Assembly (NCBI GenBank): GCA_030141605.1
Contig: JAQGDQ010000142.1
Span: 447,333 to 511,332 of the forward strand
From: Tubiluchus corallicola
Lineage: Eukaryota > Animalia > Priapulida
DNA length: 64,000 nt
Reading direction: 5' to 3'
Part shown: piece by piece, positions 44,473-59,000 of the stretch
Numbering within the stretch: position 1 is the first letter of the stretch
Layout of the letters: the number at the start of each line of letters is the position of its first letter
The notes under the pieces: model-generated
Database searches by the model: none
Seen by the model: only the letters and a program-made list of their open reading frames with translations
Told to the model about the DNA's origin: nothing
Program-made: the position numbers and the translations under genes

Positions 44473-46569
44473 TGTTAGTATGAGCACGTTCACTCCTTTG
44501 CAAGTGAACGAAATCTAACAACATTAAAGGCTTTAATTATCACACCCACGTAAAACAGAGATTCCTTATCATGATAATAATTAAAGATTGGACATAATAA
44601 ATAGATAATTAGATAAAAAGTTACAATTGGTTAAACAATTTCAACTATTTTTTAAGAGAAACTTTGATTAAAAATTGTAACAATTTTCTTGGTCTAAAAA
44701 GGTTTAACATGCAGATAGTAGGTCAAATGAACAAAGAAATCATCCTATTTAATAAGCCATCTCACAATTCCAGCGACCGATTCTACTGTAGTAGTAACAG
44801 TTTTAACAGTTAGCTAGAAGCTTGGTTAGTTCGTTTTTTCTTAGTCCTAAACAGGATCCTGCTAGTAAATCACTCCACGCACACATTAATGCATAATTGA
44901 GTAAATTCCACGTAAAACAACAGAGGTTATTGAGCTGATGATGCAGACGGCTTTGTTTTACATACGTCACATGACGGTTGTAGGTAAGATGAACTGCTGG
45001 GCTACAGTTAACCTTTGACCTGCAGCAACTGTGGGCGCGCACAGTGAAACTGTAAAAAGGCTTATTATAACTAGCACGTAATACTTTGAAAATTCTGATT
45101 ACAACTTATAGTTTCGTACACTATAAGTTCCTTTTCATTGTGGCCCCACCTGTAGCTCTAGTACCTCTAGCTGCAAATCAAATGATGAAGGAAAAACCAC
45201 ACAGAAATAAACAGTGAAAAAAGCACGGGTCAAATTAAATTGACAAAATAAAACAATGTATTGACACAAGAATAAGAGATAGCAGAAACAAATAAATAAA
45301 TATATATTAGGTGGCACAAAAAATGTGCCAAATTCATAGTCGTGATATTAAGGAAATAAGAAGAAAATAAGGAAATCACATGAAAATTGTCAAGCTGAAG
45401 TTACAGACGCTTTTGGTATAAACACCAAAAATGTTAAGGTCAATCCCTAAAAGTTTTCTAAAAGTTGTTGTCTATGTAGTCGTTTAAGCTGAGATCATGC
45501 ATAATAGCAGCAGCAATTTGTGAAGACTGATTGTCAAAAATTTACCTTTGCGGCAAAAATGCTGATGTTGAAAACTGATCTTAGGCCACTCCATGTGATA
45601 GAAACACAACATTACGTTATGCAACAACTAATGTACGTAATTCTGTACATATATCTACGATATGTACAACAAAAATAAGTTATGAAGAATATATTTACAA
45701 TGGAACGTTTAGTAATTAATATTTACACTAGTACCTCTGGATTAAATGCTATATTATATAAAATTAAACTATGCACGACAGACTAAGATAATAATTTAAC
45801 AATATAACTAGAATTGATGGTAAAATTTTGTATATAGTAAAATTCTAATCAATATAAGTAAAAGGCAATAAAGATAATAAGAAAATTGGTACTAACTACG
45901 ATAGCATGGGCTTTGAGAAAAAGTTATAAACAGGCCATTCAACATGGTTGTTAATAAAGAACACATGCACAAATGTCCGTGTAATATTTACATAATACAC
46001 AAAAACGAAGGACACCTATTTTACAACAAATCAGTAAATTTGTTTCCATTGTGGTGCTTCTGTTAACAGTCAAATGTGAACATACATAATTGACAACATA
46101 ATCAAAGCCAGCAGATAATAAAAATAACAGATACATGTGCAAACGAGCCATGTAGTTTATAGGAATAGGAAAAACTAGGACTGCGTAGCAGCAGTTTATT
46201 AATTCATGTCTACCATTATCGTTGCTTTCCTTCTAGTAAAAAAATAAAGATCGCTTTAAAATTAATGATAGTAAATAGCAACAAGTAATTATATACAGTT
46301 AGGAGCTATCCACATATAACAATATCAAATTTAGAGTAGGTAGGTGGCAGGAGATGTGATAATGCCATTATAATGCAAGGTAGGTAGGTGATTTAGTCTT
46401 GATAAACATCTGACTTCACGTTTTGATGTGGAACAAGGAATGGTTGGATGTAATCGACCGCGAGGAGAAGGAATCTGCAAAATGGGTCAATGAGAATGAG
46501 TTCACCGATCTTGTGCTGTCACCGCCTTCACCCTCGATGACAGTAGAATCCATTGATGGTTTCCAGTTA

Positions 46570-47117
46570 CAGTGAGTCCTCACCCTTAACGACGCTAATG
46601 CATTCAAGCAAAACGAGACGTAAAGCAAAACTATCTTTCTTACCAATGCGTACCTCTTTCACTAAGGTTTAAGCCTAGGCAGCCATTAAACAATAAACAC
46701 TGCAGAGTTAAAGCTAAGCTGAGGGAGCCTTGGAAATTTTATCATACCAGAGCACTGTATTATTTACTACGTAATCTGGTTGCTATAGGAATTCCTTTGC
46801 ACAAAGTTTGTTCACAGGTCTCGCTTGATAGAAATGGCAGCTAGTATAGTAGTCAACCGGGAAGTTAAAACATGTATAATAATTGCACTGTTTATGTTAC
46901 TACTGCACTTTTAAAACAGAATAACGTAATATATGCCATGTTAATGCTTCAAATTAAGTAAAAAAGTTGTTGATAAATGAAAATTGGCTTTCAGCAAAGT
47001 ACAAAAAATTGTCGTTAAAATGAAATGTGCATCATTAAGTGAAAAGAAGGTGTCAAATGTTCAGCATCGTTAAAACGAAACATCGCTAAAAGGGAGTCGT
47101 TAACCGAGAACTTACTG
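46570..47117. mobile_element. Tc1/pogo-like MITE with TA target duplication
   Basis: TA|CAGTGAGTCCTC...GAGAACTTACTG|TA; homologous to 48382-49100. Confidence 0.75.
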
Positions 47118-47866
47118 TAATTAACGCAAATGATTACTGCTGCCTGTCCTTGGGAGAAGGAAGAATAAAATGTACAAAAATCTACATCGATGATGTGATA
47201 TTAATATCAATATAAGGGGTAGGTAGGTGGTGGGGCTTATGATAATGCCATTATAACGCAAGGTAGGGAGGTCCTTGAAATCGGTCAAGAACTTGATATC
47301 ATGGTATGTGGATGGCACCTTAGAGAATTCGGCATGTAGGGCAGTGAAAAAAAGATGAGTTTGACGGATAAACAACAACTTCAAGCGTGGTTTCAAAAGT
47401 ATCTGGTATGTTTCTCCCACTATATTTGCAAATCGACTTTGACCATCTGATGCTGTTAGGAGCTTTGAAAAGGCAACACCCTTCAAACTGAAGCCACGGG
47501 CATTTTTGAGGCGGCAAAGCTTTCCAAACTGAAGCCATGGGCTATTTTGAGTAGGTGGAACTTTTTAAGCTGAAGCCACGGACTGTTTTGAGTAGGTGGA
47601 GAAAAAGGTTAGCTAAAACTCTCAGTGCTTGAATCTTATTTGATTAACAGTTACTGAAAAAAAGAGAAACAAAGAGAAGCAGACAACGTACATTTGATTA
47701 TGAATAACACTGGAAAGCTAGCATACATAATCCAATAAACCACTGCTACTCAGCATTATTATAATTATGGGAAAACACATTTTTTTAATTTACCTGGTAG
47801 AAAAAACTTGTAAATGGTTCAGTTGCACAGATGAATGTTCGTTGAACTCTATAATTGAAATGTTTG

Positions 47867-50800
47867 TTAAACTGCAGTAGCATTACCCTGTTCTATTGCT
47901 GCTAACAAATTGGTTTTGAGTCGTACAAAAAGCCTTCCTTTAGTCCAGGGATTCTGCAACTGCAGCGGTTGGTAGTCATCCCGTAGGCAGCGCTCTCGAC
48001 TACCGATCACGGCCACCAGGCAGAAATCGTTGAGCTGTTCATCTGTGTAGTTAGGCGCTCCGGGACCCTTTGCCTGTGCTGCTTTGTTTAACTGTTGTAC
48101 AACTAGATTTATGACTTCGCGGGAAGTCGTGCGCGGCGTCACGTGTAACTTCACGCTTGCTCCTTTAGCCAGGCCCGTATCGTAGGCAGCAAATATTCGC
48201 AGGATACCGGATGGTTTTGTGTCGGTATCTAGTAAGCTGATCTGCGGGATTATAGCATCATAAATTTCTGGTGCTGCAAGTAAGAAAAACAAAGAGTTAA
48301 AACAGTAAACTAGAGATAATGGAAAACTTCGTTTCATTGTATGCTATGTATTAAACAATTAATATTTTTAAATGTAAATTACAGCAAGTCCTCGCTTAAC
48401 GATGCTAATGCATTCCAGAAAATGGGACGTTAAGCGAAACGTTGTTAAACGAAGCCAAGACTTTCATAGAAAGTAACGTAAAAGAACTGAGATACGTTTC
48501 AGAGACAGAAATCAATACTGCTTAAATCATACAAGTTAAACATTCTATGAGTTTTATAGAATGTCTTTCTGCTTGCCTGACACCACCTATATATTTTGCT
48601 TACTAATACCTAGCCATAGCAGTTTCTCTTTCATTAACATTTAATCCTAGTCAGCAGTTAACAGTAAACACTGCAGAGTCAAAACCAAGCCCAGGGGCAA
48701 CCTTGGGTATTTTGCCTACATACTTAGTCTAGTTGCTATACCACCAGGTTGGAGGCAAAATTCCTTGCATACCGGTTAACAGTAAACAATGCAGAGTCAA
48801 AACCAAGCCCAGGAGCAACCTTGGGAATTTTGCCTACATACTTAGTCTAGTTGCTATACCAACAGGTTGGAGGCAAAATTCCTTGCATAAGTTTTCTCGC
48901 TGATCACTTGTTAGTTGATGCAAACCGCTAGCAGTAGTAGTAGCGTCAGTAGTCAGCCAGAAAGCAAAACCATGTATAATTGCACTGTTTACATTACTAG
49001 CGCATCTTTAGAACAGAATAATTAGATAAAAATTTTGTTGATCAAATCGTAGTTAAAATGAAACGTCGTTAAACAGGAGCTGTTAAGCGAGGACTTACTG
49101 TACACACCTTTGCATTATGAATAAGATTGTTCTCTTACTATCGAAGGCCCAAATTTTGAAAAGCATAAGTTTTCACATACTCACAAACATGCCAGTGATA
49201 TATTTTCATTTTTCATCATATATTTTGCATCATATATATTCATAGGACGTGATAACAATATGGGGGATATTACGTGTTTAAATATAAACGCTGATAAGAA
49301 TATGACCAGGGCCCGGCATGTCGTTGGATTCGCAGGAAAATTTGCAAAAGAAACTTGCATTTGTGTAGAAAAAGTTCTAAAAGTTCATGAAGGAGTATAA
49401 GGTTGTACAAAAGTGATAATCTTGTAAAATTTTATGAAACATTTTTCGAAAGTTCTGCAAATTCATGAACCTACCAGAATCATCAACTGGCGTCAGCGAT
49501 AGTTGACTCGCACTAGAAGTAGGCGTAATCATGATGCGGTGATCCGACAGGGGGCTATCTTCAGGCGAGGGAGGCGGAGCATACAATACCCCCAGTGGTA
49601 TACCACCCTTTAACTAGAAAAAAATTCTTTTAAAACGTATTCTGTAATGTAGTTATTTTACAATGTGAAGTGCTATTATCATTATTTTTACTTACAAGAA
49701 AGCTGCAATCTTTTAAGTACTTACTCTAAATGAAGGCTTATATAATATATAGTTAAAATTATAGTGCCTTAAAAAATTAAAATTGTCAAAATTGAAGTTC
49801 TCTGGTAAACATGGGTAATTAAGGAGATGACAATTAACATTTTAATGAGCCCATTAATTGAAGCAGCTTAAAAATGAGCCGATTCAAGCTGAAACTAGTT
49901 TTACTTATTTCTTATAAACAATTTTTATTCATAAAACCTTGCAACCAGAAATACTTTTTGTCACTAACTAAAACGATATCAAAATTAGTTTTAAATGTTT
50001 TGAGTATCTAAACAATGAAACTTTTACACTAAAAATCATATACAAGTTATCACATCATAATGACTGAAAGAAGTTATTTCACGAAACCGATCCCTTGTAA
50101 ACGTGTCAAGATTAAAAAGAACTGATTAGATTTGTTATAAAAAATCTTCATAAAGATGCTCATTTTAACTTAAGTCAGCAATGAAGTCTATTTGGTCATT
50201 ACGTTTCCAACACTAGTAAGTTCTAATAATTTGTGAGTTAATTACAGGTGATACAGGTAGAAATAGTTCGTTAACCTGTTTGTCACGAGCGTAGATTAGC
50301 GCGTCCATTATCCAACGTCTTCGCTTCCACGTATCATCTAGAAGAACCTGAAAGTCTAACAGCTGAGCGAGTTTTTCTCTTGCTGTTGCTAATTCTGCTG
50401 GTGAGAATGCCTAAAAATGAAAGAATTTTATAATATTTTGCAATAGTGTAATGCATTATAGTTAAATAATCATTGCTATACGTTGAGCCAAAGTTAACTT
50501 CAGTTGCAAAGCATTAACAAATAAATGTTAAATAACTAGTTGTCAGCAGACCATTATCAATGCGCATTCTTCCAAAAATTTCCCAGAAAATCACCCAAAA
50601 GCAAAGAGAGCTATATAAAATGCATGTTACTGCATCTTTAAGGGCACGTTCAGACTAGTAAGTTTTCTCTTTGACAACAAACTAACAAGTGTGAACTGCC
50701 TTGCGAGTTACTGTTGGCAAGTCACTGCATCTCAGAATGGAGAATTCATTGTCAACTCACGCTTATCGGAGAGTAACTCGCAGTGAGTTAGTCTGAACAT

Positions 50801-52970
50801 GCTTGTGAGTCACTTGGAAAATTAACCTGATGAAAAAACTCGCTAGTCTGAACACAATGTAATGATGTGGTATGATAAAATCCTACCTCACGCTGAGAAT
50901 GCTGAGCCATAAGCATGTTCATCTCTAGCAGTATGGACAGCCTTGAGTAACGGGAAATAAAATCCTTCTGATATCTGTTCATGTGGACTGAAAAAAATGC
51001 TTTTATTAATGAGGTGTGATTAATGAATGTATTAAGTAATTAATTAAGTAATGAACTGCAGTAATGAGATGAGAAATCACATGTGACGAATTGAGTATGA
51101 TGGTATTATAATATTATAACTGTTGCAGTTTGAAAGTGAGAAATACTGGAAAAGAATAAAGTTTTTCATTGTTTTCGTTGACGTAAGAGGCAGAAACAAT
51201 ATAAGAAAAAAACAAATGTTGTAAAAAATGTTCAAAATTTCATGTCCAGTAACCTTTGCTGCTATCAAAATTTCCCATTAAAGGAAAGGCCAAGCCTTCT
51301 AGGAGGTCAGGTTTACTTGAATGTTCGCAAAAAATGTTAGATGGATTTAGTAATAAAACTGCAATAAGTGCCTCGTGTAATTAGTAAAATCACTTTAAAG
51401 TCGCGGTCACTTCATGCTTGAGCGCTCCCATTTTCAATGCCCATTCTTCTTCCAATGACGTCATTCGGCTTGAACAAAAGTAGCACACTGTCAATCTTCA
51501 TCAAAAGTATAATACGTTTTTACAAAAAAATGGATAGCTAATCTTGTGAAATTTTGCTGTCCATTAGGTAAGCTGCAGAAGTTTGAATTAGTTTAAGCAG
51601 TGCGCGCTTTCAGAAAGCCATGTTGCTCTTACGAAAAGTCACGAAATATTGTCACAAATATGTTTTCAAGTGAATGGCAGTAATCACCATGCCTGAAAAT
51701 TTCTATTCAGCGATAGTATATTATAAATTTGTGCTTTATAGACAGTTTTTTGCAAATTTTTTTGTTATATTTTTCTATGTTTAAGTGATAACAGTAAAAT
51801 AAACCCAACATCCTGAGTGACTCGTTCTTTCCTTTAAAGATGTTGTGTGCAAATGTTTGTTATAGTATCACATTCCTACGTATTGATATTAATAAAGATT
51901 TCTTTAAAAACTTGCAATAATTGTTCAGTAATTTTATGCATCAATTATAACGACTTGCGCTTGCTTTTAATTCACAGCAATTTATTCAGTCAAGTCGTCA
52001 CAGTCGAGTCGTAAGTTTGGCAAAAATTATTTTTTTTACTGTTGTTATTAAAATCTACTCACTCATTTCATAAATCTGCACTGGTAGAGACAAGAAACCT
52101 TGTTTATGTTCCAGGGGATCCGCTTGACCGGGAACCAAACAAACATCTTCAGCAGGGGGCAGCAGTAACAAAAATGTGACTTCAGGCGACAGTTCTATTA
52201 CTTCAATGTCGTACAGCCTAGAAGAATATTTTGTAATAATTAATAACGCAGTTACACTAGGTGTGATTTTGTATACATCGTAAATCAGTATAAAACAGCA
52301 AGAATGCAGAATCTAAAAAACAAACAACAAAAAACCAAGCAAACAAATAAGCAAGCAAGCAAGCATACAAACAAACAAGCTAACAAAAAACAAGCAAACA
52401 CAGCAAGTGTAAGTCACAAAAGGGAAATATGCAGGGGAAATATATGCAATGAAAAAAGCATGAAAATGAAAAAAATGGAAAACAAATGAAAGAGAAATAT
52501 GTACAGAAAAAATGCAAACTGACAAAAAAAGAAGGAAAAGAATGAATCGAAAAGGAGACAATCAAAGAAATAAAGAAACAAACAAACAGACAACGACACC
52601 ATTCTAAACTAGCAGCTGTTTGGCTTTAATGTATTAAAGCAAGCAAACATAAAACTTATCACACGAATTTCACAACTCGGATTTGTACTTAATACTCACC
52701 TATGACTAATTGCCTGATCTTCTGAGATTCCTAGATGATCCAGAAGTTTTGTTGTTGCTACTTTGATCTCTTCTTGGAATCGAATCTGTGTCAATGTGGG
52801 TAAAGCTTTTACTTGATTAGCATCTAGATTCTGTAGCCACTGCCATTCTTCTCTGAAAAATGACTAACATGAGTAAAAAGAGGAATATGAAAAATGAGAA
52901 TTAAAAAAATGAGAGAAGTTTGAACAGCAATGATGGCAACGATGAACAGGGTGATAACTAAGAAATCTGT

Positions 52971-53019
<49 letters not shown>

Positions 53020-56000
53020 AAACAAAATGTAAAATGGTACCTACAGTTTTTTGTCTAAAAACAGGACATTTGCTTCACTTAATGATAATGTAAAAGCAGG
53101 TTGTTATTATAATAGATGCAGAAGTCAAGTTTTAGACACAATAATTCTATTTCTTCACAATGAGATGTTAAAAGAGCTGTCATACTTGGACACGTGAGGA
53201 TTTTCACGTATTTTACGATACGGCAACACATTCGGCATCTTCTCGGCAACCAGAACGCGGATGAGATCTACTGAGCTCCGCAGCTTCAGGTATCCTAGAT
53301 AGAGTCCCCTTTTCAACACCTTCTGACAAGCTCGATGATGACTTATTTTCTCCTGAAAGAGAGAGAGAGATTTTTGGAAACTGTTCACTGCAGGAAAGTA
53401 GCAAAAAGTAAATAAAGTAAATACAGAAAAAGGGATGTTTTCCGACTTTTGCATTGAAACTTTACACACAGTGTGTGACTGAAAGGACTGGAGTGAAAAA
53501 ATCTAGACTGATCCTCGATTTGAATTAGATGAATAGGTACATCTGGTTAAAGGAAAACCGGTCTCAATGTTAAACAATAGCTCAACTTGATCGAATGCAT
53601 AAAATACTGAAAGGGAAAACCCTGTTTTGTTCAAGAATGATTTACGTGAAAGTGTTATTTTGACGGAAGGTTAATTTCGCATCCGCACCATTAGTTCCTG
53701 ACTGTTACATGTATTTTGCCATTCATTAGTTAGAAGGACACAGTGCCTGCATCTTGGAAAAGCATTGCACAAAAAAGGCACTGTACCTTTCAGTTCAGTT
53801 GTGAAGTAGTATGCACTTGTCATGAAATTGCTATTCAACAAGTAAGATGGAATTTAAACTTTAGTTGGCATAAATTATACTCAGTGCTCTACAGTAGCTC
53901 TATATTTCAATGTTCATTTTTGTAAAACACGTGCAACACGCTCACGGCATATTTTTGTCATTTGAAAACCATGTTCAGTTATGAAGTCATCTCTAACTGT
54001 ATTGAAAGCCTGTTAAATAAATTTCTAAGCTGATATTTGAGTATCAGAAGTATTTTGGCATTATTACAGGTGATAAAATATATACTTTTTACCATACCTC
54101 AAAATGGAATAGGATCAGAGAAGAAATCATGCTATTTTTCTTTAACACAAAATATGAAGACTTTATTCACTTATATTAGTTTAATATTCAATACAAATTT
54201 CAAGTGTTTGTTTAAATATTACTAACTAATTAGAACATTTTTTGCAATTAATTTAGAGGAACAATGAAAAGCAACTATGGGTACTTAACTAATTAATTAA
54301 TGATAATCTAAATTTGAAGATGGATTAATTACTGAAACGTATAATTACTGAAATTTTGAAATCAAATTTTGACACCAATTTGAAAGCAAATGTGGAAAGG
54401 TGTGGAGTATATGGGATTCGAACCAGGGACCTTAATCCGAGCATCATGATCACTAGGCCGCACTACACAGTCTCTTAAGATCATAAAATAAATATTTTCT
54501 CTTGTATACAAAGATTACTAATGACCTTTCTTGTGCAAACACTATTATAGCGGACATTCAATTTTAAGTGAAACTTCCAAATATGTGACATAATGATGCC
54601 TACATACACTCTTACCGGAAGAGATGTAAACAGCATATCATGAGCAGAGCTCTGATCCGTGTTTGGTGGCAGCTTTTTCATAAGTTTACTGGTCGACGTC
54701 CACTTTACGTTCGAACTGGTGATGACCTTCGTGTCCGTGACAGAGTTGATCGTAACTATGACGACCGTTCCGCTACCATCTTTGATTGGTCGATAGTAGA
54801 GCATTCCCAGATCTTGTACGTTGAGCGCATGCTGGAAAAACATGTTTACTGTTTACACTGTTTTGTTCATGAGATAACATAAATGTTACAAGTTTTTTGA
54901 ATAAAAGACGTTTTATTCAACAAGCAAATGAAAGTGCCATGTCTGTGCTGTGAAGCCATACAGCTGTTTATTATTCAAAAAGCAACAAAAGTATTCATAG
55001 GTATGAAATGTGTGTAGGAAAAAGACTTCTGAGGCCACGGATAAATGCAATTACGATTTGTTGCACCACCAGCACCTAAATTTAAAGGACGAGTCACTTA
55101 GCATGTTGGATGTATTTTACAAATAGAAAAATATAACAAAGAAATTTGCAAAGAAACTGTCTATAAAGCATAAAGTTAATTTATGCTATTGCTGTATATA
55201 AATTTTCACGCACATTAGTTGCAGTGATTCACTTGAATCGTAAGCGCATCGTGGCTTTCTGCAAGCTGCTTAAACTAATTCAAACTTCTGCTGCTTACCT
55301 AATATTCACGCACAAAATCAGCTATCTAATTTTTTGTTATGCTTTTGATGGAAATTGAGAGTGCGCTGCTTTTCTTTAGTCGATGAACGACGTTGAAGGA
55401 AGAATGGGAGTTCAAAATGAGAGCACCCATGAGTGAAATGGTCGCAATTTTAAAATGACTTTACTAGTTGCACGAGGCACTTATCACAAGTTTTTTGCTA
55501 AATTTTACATTTTTTTGCAAATATTGTTATAAGCCCAACTTCCCAGAAGGCTTGACCATTCCTTTAAGCACGATTAAACAAAAATAAAATGAAAGTGCTA
55601 ATAAAAAAACAGGTTATTGCAGTTACCGTTAGTGCAGTCAAAATAATGTAAGCAGCATAGTGACAAACTGATGAAAATTCCTAACACATGCCTTAAATGA
55701 AATGCGACAATTTTAGCACGTATAGACAATAGACTACGTGTGGTTAAGTTTGCCATATAAACAAAATATTGAACATTTCGTGACAAACAGCACTGTAAAG
55801 TCAAAGCAAAACATTTGATAAAGCTAATAATTCATTATAATAACAGCCTTATTTAAGGTAAATAACATATTAGTAACACTATATTGGACTGCAACACATT
55901 TTCAATACAAAACTATTACTCTGTACTTGAACTACAATGCTGTTGCAATTGAAACACTATAAATAACCTGAATTCTTATTGGGCATAAGAAGCCAGACAT

Positions 56001-59000
56001 TTTCTAAGCAAGCATTTTTCACTGCCAGCATCCCCAAACATTTGTTCGAAAAGTAAACGTAAGAACTCAGCATAATATACATTTTAGCGATGAATCACTC
56101 ACCACACCTGTAAAGAAGCCAATGTCACAACAAATGTGGTGGACAGAGAGGGCATACCTGTAAATGAGACGCAGCCTGAAGCAATTTGCTGCGGAAATGA
56201 ATGGCCGATGAACATGAGCTGCGATCCATGTCCTGCCGGAGCTGCCGCACGTCCTCCCACGTACACGCCACCTATCATAAAACCCAAAATGTTTTATCAC
56301 TGAAACAAGTGAGCAGTCTGTTATTTGCAGAACGAGGACTCGTTACCGTTGTAGTCATTGCCAACACTAAGTAATAATGGTATTTGATGTTAAGCAAAAT
56401 TTGCTAATTTGTCATCACTTTTTTCGTGGTATTCACACCCATAAATTTGCTAAGCAAATCCAATTATGCTTAACTGTCCTAGACAAGCATATACCATGAC
56501 CACTCTTCTATTCTCATTTGAAAATAACCACAGTGTGCCTTTAATAAGAACAAACTTAAGTATGTTTTCCTAGCAACCATATATCCTACAAATGAGGTCC
56601 TGTGACAATTAACCAAGTACACACTGTGACCACTCAGCTATTTCTTTCCCCAGCATTCCATTGTTATACTAAAGTATGATTTCAACTGATCCAGACCTTC
56701 ATCATCCAGTGGAAATCCGAGTGCGTGGAGCCAGAAAAGCTATCATCCACCTCCACGATGGGCAGGACATCTTCACTGGTTACAACGACTTTGTCTTCGC
56801 AGTACAAAACGCTGGCTAAATACATTCCTCTGAAATAAAAACAGTATTCATGCTGTAGATAAATGTAATAATACAGTGGTCAAGAAAAGAAGGGTATGCT
56901 ATTGAACGGGGATGCAGTCGATAGCGTAAGTAATTATTTATGGCAAATCAACTGCACCATTGTAATGTTTGTAATGCTATCATTAAAACACATCAATAAT
57001 TCAGCAGTAGAATGTTGAATTCCTAGTCAATCTAAGTTCTTTTTAGATAATGCGACATCCTGCTTACTGCTAGGAATCTGCCTGCAACATTACGTTGTAC
57101 TACTAAGGTTCAGCTAGTGGTGGCAGGACCAAAACCTATTATCAAGGATAATACTCTGAGATCACTAAACTGGTAGGATTGTACAGGCTACTGTTGGTAA
57201 TTATCCATGTTTGTTAGTGAAATAGGCAGGTGTTAGATGCAGCATAACTGACAAAATTGAGCAAAAAATATTTTCCCACCCCTCTACTTGCAAGCCAGAC
57301 TAAGTGATGCCTAGCTATTATGTCCCCCATCCATTTACTGTGACCAATCAACTATTCTCCTTGGGCTGAACTACTGGGAAGAAATTAGTAACAAGGACCA
57401 GTCTACACATTTTTTGATACAATTACTTCAAGTCATTTTACACTTACAATTGGAAATTACAATTCTTTTAAGAGACAAAAGCCTCACACACCCAGCTAAT
57501 TATAAATAAATGTAAAATGTTAATTATCCAGTTGTAAAATCAGCATTCTTTTCCAATAAAAATAAGACAAACATTCTTTGTTTTAAAAACACTTATTTCA
57601 ATTCATTAAAATATAACGGTGACATTTTAAACACACATTACATGTCCAACATTTGATTTTAATCAATAAAATAAAATCGACCATAAATTACTTAATCTTT
57701 AGAAAACATCTCTCTATAATGCCATAACAACTTAGGTAGAACCGATGCATGAATCACGCCACAAGTAAATTAGCGAAGTAAAATGTCGCATCAAAGTCGC
57801 ATTTATAACCTACCTTCGTAAATGCTTCTGAAATTTGGTCGTATTAGAGAAAATGTTCTTTAAACTCTTTCTCATGTTTGACTTCCGTCGTACGCTCGGC
57901 GACACATTCGTTTCTAAATAGAATTAGAGAATATTGTTAGCAGCCACTCACGTACATGACCACCAGAAGGGTTAGTCTAGTGGTAACGCGCTCGCTTTCC
58001 ATCTGGAAGGTTGCATGTTCGATACAGCCGCCAGGTCACGCCAAAGATTTTAAAAATGGTATTTGCTGTTGCCCTGCCTGGCGCATGGTATTTACGGTAA
58101 AAGAGGGGTAATAATAGTCTCTGTTATGTAGTTGTAGCTTGAAACTTATGTTAATTGTTCATCCAAAAAGCCAACATTAAATAAAGATTATTAATATATT
58201 ATTATCATATTGAAATGTTGTTTTTCATCCTCATATAACAGAAAAAATACTGAAGAGAAAAGTACAGAGACCCCATGGATGAAGCCTCATCAGGAACTGA
58301 ATTCCGGAGCCAAGAGCCTAAGGGGATGCTGTAAGCTGCCCAAGCAGGGCAGAAATCGATGCATTTCCTGTATTTTAGTCATTTTATGAGGTTTTTTCGC
58401 AAATAAAAATGAAGGAACTCAAACCTCAAAGAAGTATACATTTGTTGATTTTAGACTCTAAAAAAGTCCTAAAAGTCTAAAACTTGAAAAGTAGAACAGT
58501 TCATCAATTTTTGGAGTTCCTTCGCGGTCCTAATACATTTCTTACGTCTTCTGAAACTTTTATAGATAGTTTTTAACAGTTAAATTATTAAGAATTTATG
58601 TTACATAAAGTAAGACTAAATTTTCTTTTCCATGCCTTTTATGTTATTAAGACCTGTTGTTAATTTTTTGTTATTAAATCACACAGCTCAGCACGTGAAC
58701 AAATGGGCGAGAATTACTTCAACGTACTCGACGCTACAGTAAAAACTGGCAAAAAGATGTAGGCAGGGTTGAAAAGATAAGCCTTACAATAGATTGTGCA
58801 AAGTTTCAATAGTATACAAGTTGTATTTTCACTTTTTCCGCTTAAATTTCAACGCAATGGTCGAAATCATGAGATTTCAGAATTTTTCAAACATCTGACC
58901 AAACTACCTATCTAAGTCAGGAGTGGAGGCAACCCTAAGGGACTCTTATGACTGATAAACCCCCAGCATCAGCACCAGTATCAGCACCAGCATCAGCACC

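Noticed and set aside
52304-52602. Cluster of K/Q/N-rich and F-rich ORFs
   Set aside because: A-rich low-complexity intron sequence.
54401-54466. Functional tRNA gene
   Set aside because: A and B boxes are present but there is no complete cloverleaf or anticodon arm.
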